Positions 1-9,016 of a stretch of DNA of 64,000 bases are shown here, one piece after another. Within the stretch, counting starts at the first letter, position 1. Each line of letters opens with the position of its first letter. The stretch is from an uncultured delta proteobacterium. Lineage in GTDB: Bacteria; Desulfobacterota; WTBG01; CAIYCZ01. Under the pieces are notes generated by a model. The model made no database searches and had not been told where the DNA came from. It saw only the letters and a list, made by a program, of their open reading frames with translations. A program made the position numbers and the translations under genes. The DNA is taken from the NCBI GenBank assembly GCA_963803975.1, contig CAWDOY010000045.1:1-64000 (forward strand), in the 5' to 3' direction.

Positions 1-36
1 TGCCAGCCTAAACATTGAGGCACGCGCAGTACTGCC

Positions 37-453
37 ATGAAGCGCTACGAGTTTTTTGACCACACCGCTGACATCGGCATTCACATTTTCGGCCGGAGCA
101 TGCCTGAGCTTTTTGAAAATGCCGGCTTTGCCCTGTTTGACATCATCACCGATATCGCCGCAGTGCGTGAACAGGAAGTGCGTTGGTTCGCCCTGCAGCG
201 GGACAGTATCGATGAGCTGCTGGTTGAGTGGCTCGGCAGGCTTCTGTTTATAAGTACCACGGAGCTTTTTTTATTCCGGCGTTTTCACGTCGTGCAGATT
301 GACGGAGAGAACCTGCAGGCCGAGGCCTGGGGCGAGCCCTTGCAGGATGCTCTCCACACCATTAAGACCGAAGTGAAGGCGGTTACCTATCATAAATTAA
401 AGGTGTATCAGGAACAGGGCCTCTGGCACGCGACCGTGGTGCTGGATACATGA
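37..453 (+). CDS. Archease (RtcB activator)
   Basis: N-terminal YEFFDHTADIG and C-terminal EVKAVTYH...VVLDT archease motifs; directly upstream of rtcB. Confidence 0.93.
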   Translation: MKRYEFFDHTADIGIHIFGRSMPELFENAGFALFDIITDIAAVREQEVRWFALQRDSIDELLVEWLGRLLFISTTELFLFRRFHVVQIDGENLQAEAWGEPLQDALHTIKTEVKAVTYHKLKVYQEQGLWHATVVLDT

Positions 454-457
454 AAGA

Positions 458-535
458 AGCTATCAGCAGTCAGCCATCAGCAATCAGCTTAAATCTTTTT
501 AAAAATATAGCTGAAAGCTGAGCACTGACAGCTAA
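458..535. repeat. Inverted array of CAGC/GCTG heptamer-like repeats
   Basis: agctatcagcagtcagccatcagcaatcagct ... agctgaaagctgagcactgacagct around an AT-rich spacer. Confidence 0.8.
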
Positions 536-544
536 GGACTTTTT

Positions 545-2000
545 ATGAGCGAAAAGTTTTCTCTCGCAACAGAACGAATTGATGCGTACCGGCTGCGCAT
601 ACCCCGGCAGGGCAAGATGCAAACTGACGGCATCGTGTATACGGATGAGTCCATGCTGCCCAATATTCAGGAGGAGCAGAGCCTCATGCAGGTGGCAAAC
701 GTGGCCTGCCTGCCCGGCATTGTCGGCAATTCTCTTGGCCATGCCCGATATCCACTGGGGCTACGGCTTTCCCATCGGCGGGGTTGCAGCCTTTGATATG
801 GACAGCGGCGTGGTGTCACCGGGCGGGGTCGGCTATGATATCAACTGCGGGGTGCGGCTCATCAAGACCGCCCTCACGAAATCTGATATCCAGAGCAGGC
901 TGCATGAGCTGGTGGATGCCCTGTTTTACAATATCCCCTCAGGTGTCGGCTCAAAAAGAAAAGACATGAAGCTCAGCAGCCGCGACCAGAAAAATGTATT
1001 TATAAAAGGCGCGCGCTGGGCAATAGAGCAGGGCTTCGGCTATGCAGAGGACGCAGAGCATATTGAAGAGCAGGGGGCGATTCCCGGAGCTGACCCGGAG
1101 GTCATTTCAGACTATGCCCTGGAGCGGGGGCGGCCGCAGCTGGGAACGCTTGGCTCCGGCAACCATTTTGTTGAAATCGACTTTGTGGACGAGATCTATG
1201 ACGCAGGCATTGCTGAAGCCCTGGGCCTGTATAAAGACAGCATAACCGTAACCATTCACTCCGGCTCGCGGGGGCTTGGCTACCAGGTCTGTGATGACTT
1301 CATTAAAATAATGCTCAAGGCTTCTCAGAAATACGGCATAGAGCTTCCGGACAAGCAGCTCTGCTGTGCCCCGATCAAGTCTGAAGAGGGGCGCCGCTAT
1401 CTTGCGGCCATGGCCTGCGCTGCCAATTATGCCTTTGCCAACCGGCAGATGATGATGCACTGGGTGCGGGAAAGTTTTGAAAAGGTTCTTGGCGCTCGTC
1501 CCGGAGCACTGCAGATGAAGCTGGTCTATGATGTCTGCCACAACATTGCAAAGATCGAGACCCACTCGGTCGGCGGCCGGCAGCGAGAGCTCTGCGTTCA
1601 CCGCAAAGGCGCCACGCGCGCTTTTCCCGCGCACCATCCCCAGGTGCCGGATGACTATAAGGAGACCGGCCAGCCGGTGTTAATTCCGGGAGATATGGGA
1701 CGCTACTCCTATGTGCTGGTTGGCACTGATAAGGCACTGGAGGAGACCTTTGGCAGCTCCTGCCACGGGGCAGGACGGGTCATGAGCAGGCACCAGGCAA
1801 TAAAGGCTGCAAAGGGACGGTCTATTACGCGGGAGATGGAAGACCGGGGCATCTATGTGCGGGCCGCGGGCAGGGAAACCCTTGTTGAGGAGATCCCCGA
1901 GGCCTACAAGGACGTGAGCCAGGTGGTGGAGGTGGTGCAAAACGCCGGCATTGGGAAAAAAGTGGTACGGCTGCGGCCGTTAGGGGTGATGAAGGGGTAG
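545..2000 (+). CDS. rtcB: RNA ligase RtcB (one apparent frameshift near 737)
   Basis: MPDIHWGYGFPIGG, GYDINCGVR, GTLGSGNHF, HSGSRG, HRKGAT, SCHGAGR and EEIPEAYKDV motifs; N-terminus in ORF 545..796, remainder in 579..2000. Confidence 0.95.
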
Positions 2001-2006
2001 GGAAGA

Positions 2007-2084
2007 AGACAGACGGTCAGAGCACAGACAATCAGACAACAGACAAGCAGAAGACAGACAATCCAAAGACAGACGATCAGGACA
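2007..2084. repeat. Tandem degenerate CAGAC(A) heptamer repeats
   Basis: agacagacggtcagagcacagacaatcagacaacagacaagcagaagacagac... Confidence 0.75.
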
Positions 2085-2270
2085 TATTTTATCGGTTCAG
2101 GGACCGTGGGCAATGGCTGCGGCCTTGAGCACTGTCCCTAGCTGAAGCCGGGGTTATTTTGATGTGGGGTGTTTTTACTGGAGCAGAAAAAATGGTAAAC
2201 CCCGGCCATTTTTTTGCCGCAAACATTTAAAGACAAATAGATAAAGGGGAACGGCATCATTAAAATAGTC

Positions 2271-2303
2271 CTGCTGACCGCTGACGGCTGATTGCTGACA
2301 GCT
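2271..2303. repeat. GCTGA heptamer tandem repeat
   Basis: ctgctgaccgctgacggctgattgctgacagct directly after the lemA stop. Confidence 0.75.
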
Positions 2304-2304
2304 C

Positions 2305-2868
2305 TTAAAACTTAACCTTCGGAACTTCTTTTGCAGCTTCCGGTGCTTCAAAAAATGCCGCCTTCTGAAAAGAGAACATCTTAGCTACCAGGTTCTGGGG
2401 GAAGCTGCGCACCGCCACATTATAGGTTTTGACCACTTCATTGTAGCGCCTGCGGGCAACGGCAATGCGGTTCTCAGTGCCGGCCAGCTCATCCTGCAGG
2501 CGGATGAAGTTTTCGTTTGATTTTAATTGCGGATATTGCTCAACCACTACCAGCAGGCGGCTAAGCGCTGAGGTCAGCTCGTTGTTGGCCTCGATTTTAT
2601 CAGGAATGCTTTGCGCCTGCCCCACTTTGGACCGGGCCTCCGTCACTTTTATGAACACTTCCTTTTCCTGGGCAGCATAGCCTTTGACCGTTTCCACATA
2701 GTTCGGAATGAGGTCATAGCGCCGCTGCAGCTGGGTCTCGACCTGCGACCACGCCTCCTTGACGCCTTCGTCAAGGCTCACCAGCGAATTATACATCCCG
2801 CATCCCGGCAAAAACACAGGCGCCATAATCAGCAGTATGATACCGAAAATTTTTGTGAATCTGTTCAT
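2305..2868 (-). CDS. lemA: LemA family protein
   Basis: YNSLV..DE.V..AWSQVE.QLQRRYDLIPN and YPQLKSNENF..LQDELAGTENRIAVARRRYN motifs. Confidence 0.93.
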   Translation of the reverse strand: MNRFTKIFGIILLIMAPVFLPGCGMYNSLVSLDEGVKEAWSQVETQLQRRYDLIPNYVETVKGYAAQEKEVFIKVTEARSKVGQAQSIPDKIEANNELTSALSRLLVVVEQYPQLKSNENFIRLQDELAGTENRIAVARRRYNEVVKTYNVAVRSFPQNLVAKMFSFQKAAFFEAPEAAKEVPKVKF

Positions 2869-2881
2869 GGTTATGCCCTCC

Positions 2882-3614
2882 CTATAGTTTCATTTCATCA
2901 ACAAATGCAGAAAGTTTTTTTATCTGCTCAATATATTCTTCCATGAAAGAGACTGCTTCTCCCGCAGAAAGCTTTTTAGTGCCTTCTTTTATCTTGAGGA
3001 TATCTAAAAACCGTGTGCTGTCAAGCCCGGTATCATGAGAAATAAGAGACAGCAGGTCGTTGCTTCGCGGGGGAATAGCCGTATCCTGCAAAAAGAGCAG
3101 CGCCCGGAAGATAGAATAGAATGTCGGCACAGACCGGGCAATCAATTTTTCGATCTCAGCCTTGCTGCCGCCGGTTTCCAGGAACTGCTCGCGGAGCTGC
3201 AGCAGCTTGCCCTTCAAGCTCCCGTTCACACTGAAGGCGCAGGAATTTCTTGTCTATGGAGAAGTTTTTCAGCACATCTTCACCGTAGATGACTTTATAA
3301 TGCGCCTGCAGGTTAAGAAACTCGATGGGAAAAACATCAAGGGATGATTTAATGTAGTCCGCAGTCAAAAACAGCGGGGTATGCACCCTTTTTTTGTGCC
3401 ACGTTAAGACCGCTTTCAACGCTTTGCTCAGATGGTCTATCCCGTTTTCGGTGAGCAGGATAAGAAAATTGATATCAGATTTTTTGGGGATATACTCACC
3501 CCGCGCGCCGCTTCCGTAGAGGATAATGGATAACAGATCAGGACCGAAAATCCCCTTATAATCGAGAATGATCTCCTGAAAAATTTCTTCCGGCTTGTCT
3601 GGTATCCTGGCCAT
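2882..3614 (-). CDS. Nucleotidyltransferase-domain protein (frameshift near 3215)
   Basis: LSIILYGSGARGEY...SDIN Pol-beta NTase motif, DVFPIEF and RLQCERELxG; helical C-terminus in ORF 2882..3229. Confidence 0.8.
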
Positions 3615-3640
3615 AGTCATCTCCGATAATAGCATTTCGC

Positions 3641-3711
3641 ATTCAGCCGTCAGCCTTCAGCGTAAAAAAATTAATTAATCGCTGATAGCTGTTTGCTGAG
3701 AGCTGATAGCT
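3641..3711. repeat. Inverted CAGC/GCTG heptamer array
   Basis: ttcagccgtcagccttcagc ... gctgatagctgtttgctgagagctgatagct. Confidence 0.8.
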
Positions 3712-3714
3712 TGT

Positions 3715-4494
3715 TTAAAACCCCCTGCTCGCCCCGCCGCCGCCGCTCATGCCGCCGCCGAATCCGCCGAATCCTCCGCCGAAACCGCCCCCGCCAAATC
3801 CACCGCCAGACCGTCCACCTCTTCCTGACATGCCCATCAATATCAACAAGGGGAGAATGCCGCCCTGCCGTCTTGACTATAATAAAAAAGAAAATAAAGA
3901 AGAATAGAATCGGCAGCAGCCCCAGCCCCCCCTGTTTTCTCTGTCGTTTGGCAGGCATCGGCTGGTACCCGTCTCCGAGGGTGACCCCGGCATCTTTTGC
4001 TATAACCTGCCCCACTGCGAGCATGCCGTTTAACAGTCCCTTGCCGTAATCATTCTGCCTGAGATAGGGCACCACGTACTGGTCAAGGATGCTTCCCACC
4101 AGCCCGTCCGGCAGTATCCCCTCCACGCCGTAGCCGGTCTCAATGCGTATCTTTCTTTCCTCTACGGCAAGGAACATGAGCACCCCCTTGTCCTCCCCCT
4201 TTTTGCCGATGCCCCAGCTTGCATAGAGTTCATTGGCATAGGTGTCCGGGTCATTATCGCCGACCGTCTTTACCGTGGCAACCACCACGGCCGTGCCGGT
4301 CTTTTGCAGGAGCTCCTCTGCCAGGTTTTCCATTACCGCTTTGCTTTCTGCAGGAATGACAGAAGCAAAATCATTTACTGCACCAACGGGGCGGGGGAAC
4401 GGGTCTTTTGCCGCTGCAAGACGATATAAAAAAAGACTGCTGCAGAAGCAGAGAATAAAAATAGATATTTTAAAGAATGCCCGGTTTTTTTCAT
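3715..4494 (-). CDS. TPM (TLP18.3/Psb32/MOLO-1, YgcG-like) domain membrane protein with Gly-rich tail; indels near the start and near 3860
   Basis: VNDFA, WGIGKKGEDKGVL and RIETGYGVEGILPD motifs; TM helix; GGFGGFGGGMSGGGGASRGF tail in the adjacent frame. Confidence 0.88.
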
Positions 4495-4737
4495 AGATTA
4501 ACTTGAAACCATAAACTTCAAACGTTAAACGTCTGCGATCTCAGCGTGCTCTGCGGTAAAACTTTTTATTAGTAGTCTGATTATCACAACAGCTGTGAAA
4601 TAGAAAGATAAATGGCCTCATTAATATAGGGTGCTATTTTTAGTGCATTTTTTGTTTGAACTGCATGTTTATTTATGATAAGAAAAAAACTTCGTGCTGT
4701 TTGACATAAATCTTAAAGGTAAAAGAGGTAACGGACC

Positions 4738-5682
4738 ATGGTAAATGTTGTTATTGACGGCAAGAAGATCAAGGCAAAAGAAAAGCAGACCATTCTCGAG
4801 GTAGCGCGGGAGCATAAGATTGAAATCCCAACCCTGTGCTCAAGTGACGCCGTAAAGCCCTATGGCGCCTGCAGGCTGTGCGTGGTTGAGGTAACAGCAG
4901 GGAATGCCACGACTATTGAAACTTCCTGTACCTATCCGGTTGCCGAGGGGCTCAAAGTCAGCACCGGCACACCCAAGGTGATTGAAGCGCGCAAGCTGGT
5001 GCTTCATCTTTTGCTTGCCCGGTGCCCGAATGTCAAGATAGTAAAAGAGCTGGCGAAGGAATACGGCATTGAAAAAGTTGATGCCTGCCTGCGCCTTGAA
5101 AATGAATACTGCATCCTGTGCGGGCTGTGCGTGCGTGCCTGCGATGAAGTGGTTCAGGCCAGGGCCATAAGCTTTTCCGGAAGCGGCAAGGATAAAAAAG
5201 TTGACAGCCCGTTCCATGTCACTGCCGAGGACTGCATCGGCTGCGGCTCATGCGCCTTTGTCTGCCCCACGGGCATAATAAAGACCCGCGATGTTGACAG
5301 CGCCGCGGAAGTTACCCCGGAAGGAACGACCCCCATCGGCTGGGAGCGGATCATAGAAAACTGGAACCGGGAATTGAAGTTTAAACTCTGCAAGAAATCC
5401 GGCAACCCCTACGCGCCCGAGTTCATGCTCAACCAGTTCAAGGACAAGATGAACCTGCCGCCGCAGTTTTTTGATGTTTCACCAAGCTACCGCGAGTATC
5501 CGGAAGTTGATGAAGAGCTGTGCATCGGCTGCGGCGCCTGCGTGGACGAGTGCCCGGTCGGGGCCATACAGCTTGAGGTGCGGGAGAAAAAAGAAGTAAG
5601 GTCACACATCCTTCCCACCCACTGCTGCGGGTGCCAGACCTGTACCATTTACTGCGTGCGTGATGCCATAAAGGTTGCGTAA
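4738..5682 (+). CDS. 2Fe-2S plus multiple 4Fe-4S iron-sulfur protein (NuoG/HydA N-terminal-like)
   Basis: IPTLC...GACRLC...SC 2Fe-2S motif; four CxxCxxCxxxC motifs. Confidence 0.85.
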   Translation: MVNVVIDGKKIKAKEKQTILEVAREHKIEIPTLCSSDAVKPYGACRLCVVEVTAGNATTIETSCTYPVAEGLKVSTGTPKVIEARKLVLHLLLARCPNVKIVKELAKEYGIEKVDACLRLENEYCILCGLCVRACDEVVQARAISFSGSGKDKKVDSPFHVTAEDCIGCGSCAFVCPTGIIKTRDVDSAAEVTPEGTTPIGWERIIENWNRELKFKLCKKSGNPYAPEFMLNQFKDKMNLPPQFFDVSPSYREYPEVDEELCIGCGACVDECPVGAIQLEVREKKEVRSHILPTHCCGCQTCTIYCVRDAIKVA

Positions 5683-5709
5683 CACATAATCTTAAATATT
5701 GAAAAATTA

Positions 5710-5740
5710 AAGGCTCGTTTTAAACAACGGGCCTTTTTTG
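5710..5740 (+). terminator. Intrinsic terminator
   Basis: aaggctcgtt-ttaaac-aacgggcctt followed by a T run. Confidence 0.8.
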
Positions 5741-5913
5741 TTAGACTAACTCCTCAGCTTATCCTGCGCCCACGAAGCCTTCAAAAACCCAAAGCCCCAA
5801 ATAATAACCAGTTTTTCTGTCAAGCTTTTTACTGTGGTATATCAATTTGACATGACAGGGTTTATTGCAATATAAGAGTAGTTAATAATCATTTCACAGA
5901 AGGTCAACTATCT

Positions 5914-6736
5914 ATGAGCTATCTTCGATCAATCATGGAATTAGAAAGCGGCCTCTGCATGGAGCGCTACCTGCCGGCCATAACCAGAAGCAGGCACCCC
6001 ATGCTCTTTGTCCATGGCAACTTCCACGGCTCATGGATGTGGCGGTACTTTCTGGAGTATTTTTCCAGCAAAGGCGTCTCCTGCTATGCCCTTAACTTCC
6101 GGGGCCACTGGCTGAGCAGGGGCCATGCCGACCTGGGCACGGCAGTACGTCGAGGATTATGTGCAGGATGTGCATGAATGCTTAGCTGCAATCAACGGCG
6201 AGGCGATACTGGTCGGCCACAGCATGGGCGGGGTCGTGAGTCAGAAGGCGGCAGAGGGCGCGCAGCTGAAAAAGCTCGTTCTTCTTGACAGCGCGCCGTG
6301 CCGGGCGGTGACGGAAGGAAATCTTGAGCTTGACCCGGAACGAAAGGCTGTGACTGAGACAACTTTTATCCCGCAGAATGACGGCACGCTGCTGTGGGCC
6401 AAAGACCGGGACAAAACCAGGGTGCTTCTTTTTGAAAAGAACAAGGTCAGTGCCGAGGTTCTAACTGAAACCGTGGACTGCCTGGGCCGGGAGTCAGCAC
6501 TGGTGCTGCAGCGCCACGCCCTGCTGGCAATTGACCCGGGAAAGATTACCTGCCCGGTCTATGTGCTCGGCCGCACCGGCCTGGGCAACAAAAAAAACCC
6601 CAACCTCTGGGATGCGCTTGCTGATTATCTGCAGGCAGCTGACCGCAGCATCCGGGACGACATGAGCCATAACATGATGCTTGAGAATGACTGGCGGGAG
6701 CATGCTTCCCTTATTGAAAAGTGGTGCAGTACTTAA
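5914..6736 (+). CDS. Alpha/beta hydrolase (frameshift near 6145)
   Basis: LFVHGNFHGSWMW, GHSMGG nucleophile elbow, SHNMML catalytic His region. Confidence 0.85.
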
Positions 6737-6860
6737 AAAAGCCCACGGCAGGGGATGCGTTTAAAATTTTAAGACAATAGATAGATATGTAAACTTCACG
6801 TGACTAATTTTTTCAATTACCACCAGAGCATACTACTATTTAAAATTGTTTTTGTTTTTC

Positions 6861-6888
6861 TTGACTTAAACCCCCTCTTTGATAAAAT
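6861..6888 (+). promoter_or_regulatory. Putative sigma70 promoter for recJ
   Basis: TTGACT-N16-TAAAAT with TG extended -10. Confidence 0.45.
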
Positions 6889-7001
6889 CTTAACCCATCA
6901 GACCCCCGGGGTTCTATGCCTTCTGCAAGGCGCACGATTGACCGGTCCTTGCAGGGAAATATCAATTTTCATTGCTCATGTACCTGCAATAAAGGGGGGT
7001 T

Positions 7002-8739
7002 ATGTTGAGTCCGGGCGTTAAACGTTGGCTTATTAAAGAGCAGAATCCAGCCTTAAGTAAAAAGTTTTCCTCTTCTTTTAATATTTCTCCCCTGGTCTCG
7101 CAGCTTCTTATAAACAGAGGCCTCGAGAGCATAGACCAGGCAGATTTCTTCATCAATGCAACCTTGAAAGACCTCTACTCCCCCTTCCTCATGAAAGACA
7201 TGGACAGGGCTGTCCAGCGGATCATCACTGCGGTAGAGAAGAAGGAAAAAATCTGTATCTACGGGGACTATGACGTTGACGGCATTACTGCTACGGCTGT
7301 GGTGCTCCTGTTTTTACGGGAAGTTAATGCCAGCGTCTTCTATTTACCTGCCCAACCGCCTGCAGGAGGGCTACGGGCTTGATACTGAGGCACTGCAAAA
7401 AATAACCCGTGAGGGGGCAACGCTCCTCATAACCGTTGATTGCGGTATTTCTGATATCGAGCCCATTCAGTATGCCCGGACCAAAAACCTTGATGTTATC
7501 GTAACCGATCATCATGAGCCGCCGGAGAAACTTCCCCCCGCGTATGCGATATTGAACCCCAAACAGCCGGGCTGCTCATTTCCCTTCAAGGAACTTGCCG
7601 GCGTCGGCGTTGCGTTCAATCTTATCATGGCGCTGCGCACAAAACTCCGGGAGCACGGGTTCTGGCAGCAGGAAACTCCCCCCAATCTCAAGAACTATCT
7701 TGACCTGGTGGCACTCGGGACTCTTGCCGACATCGTCCCGCTTGTTGATGAAAACCGGATTCTGGTGAAAAGCGGTCTTACGGTGCTCAGCAAAGGAGAC
7801 CGCGTCGGGATCCGGGCTTTGAAAGCCGTAAGCGCTGTTCCTGAAGGCCCTGTGGCCGGTGATGCGGTGACCTATCGCCTTGCGCCGCGCATAAATGCCT
7901 CCGGCCGGTTGAGTACCGCTGCCACTGCAGCGGAGCTGTTAATAACCGGGGACGCAGGCGAAGCCCAGCGCCTGGCCCGGCTGCTGCATGAAGAGAACAT
8001 TAAACGGCAGCAGCTGGAGAAAACCATCACGGCCGAAGCCAGGGCCATGATCAAGGGGGAAGAACACCTTAAGAAGCCGCTGGTACTTGCCTCTCCCAAC
8101 TGGCATCCGGGCGTGATCGGCATCTGCGCCTCCCGCCTGGTTGAGGAATACTACCGCCCCACGGTACTTATTTCCATTGATGCCAGGACCCGCCAGGGAC
8201 GGGGCTCGGCCCGCAGCATTCACAGCTTTGATCTGTATCGCGGCCTCAAACAGTGCGCAGCGTTGCTCACCTCCTTTGGCGGCCACAAGTATGCAGCCGG
8301 GCTTACTATTCCCGCAGAAAACATCCCGGCTTTTGAAAAACAGTTTTCTGCTATTATCAGTGCCGCGATGCAGGATGAAGATTTTATCCCCTGCCTGGAG
8401 ATCGACGCCCAGATACCCTTGAGCGCTATCTCCGACGACGTTGTTGAAGACATGGAAAAGCTTGCCCCCTTTGGTACCGCCAACCCGGAGCCGCTGTTCT
8501 GCAGCCTTGACTTAAAATCTTACAGCTCCATGATCGTCGGTAACGGCCACCTTAAATTGAAGATAAAAGAGAATGGCTGTTTCTATGATGCGATCGGCTT
8601 TAATATGGGCACCGGCCATACGCTGCGGGACGAGGAAATCAAGCTGGCATTTGTTCCGCAGTTCAATCTCTGGCAGGGCATCAAAAGCATTCAGCTCAAG
8701 CTGAAGGACATTCAGAGCCAGCCCCTTGCAAACGCATAG
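7002..8739 (+). CDS. recJ: ssDNA exonuclease RecJ (frameshift near 7340)
   Basis: IYGDYDVDG, ITVDCG, TDHH, LAGVGVAF, LGTLADIVPL, GSARS and FGGHKYAAG motifs. Confidence 0.95.
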
Positions 8740-9016
8740 GCGCTCGCAAACAGCACCGGCACAGCACCCGTATGGCTGCTGACGCTTCGCAGGAAAAAGC
8801 AGCAAACATAAAGGTAACGGCCAGATCACCGGATACCGGGGCGCGGGTCGATGGCGTTCGGAAAATATCCTGCATGACTCCCGGAGATCGCATCGTTCAT
8901 AACGCAGGCGGAGAAGCGCTGTTTGAAAATATTTAATTTGGGGAGTATACAATAACTGTCCATCAAGGTGCAAAAAGACTGGGTCACCTGTTGCTTGCCG
9001 TAAAGGAGTCATAATC

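Noticed and set aside
545..796. Separate small ORF, or programmed frameshift, at the rtcB 5' end
   Set aside because: It is the RtcB N-terminus; there is no slippery site, and similar indels occur throughout the window.
458..3711. CRISPR array suggested by the short repeats
   Set aside because: Units are about 7 bp, degenerate and lack unique spacers; no cas genes are present.
8979..8995. Sigma54 -24/-12 motif (CTGG-GTCACCTG-TTGCT) before the cyclase gene
   Set aside because: The CACG core matches poorly and the implied TSS would fall inside the Shine-Dalgarno; a sigma70-like TTGAAA-N17-TATACA at 8923-8951 is at least as plausible.
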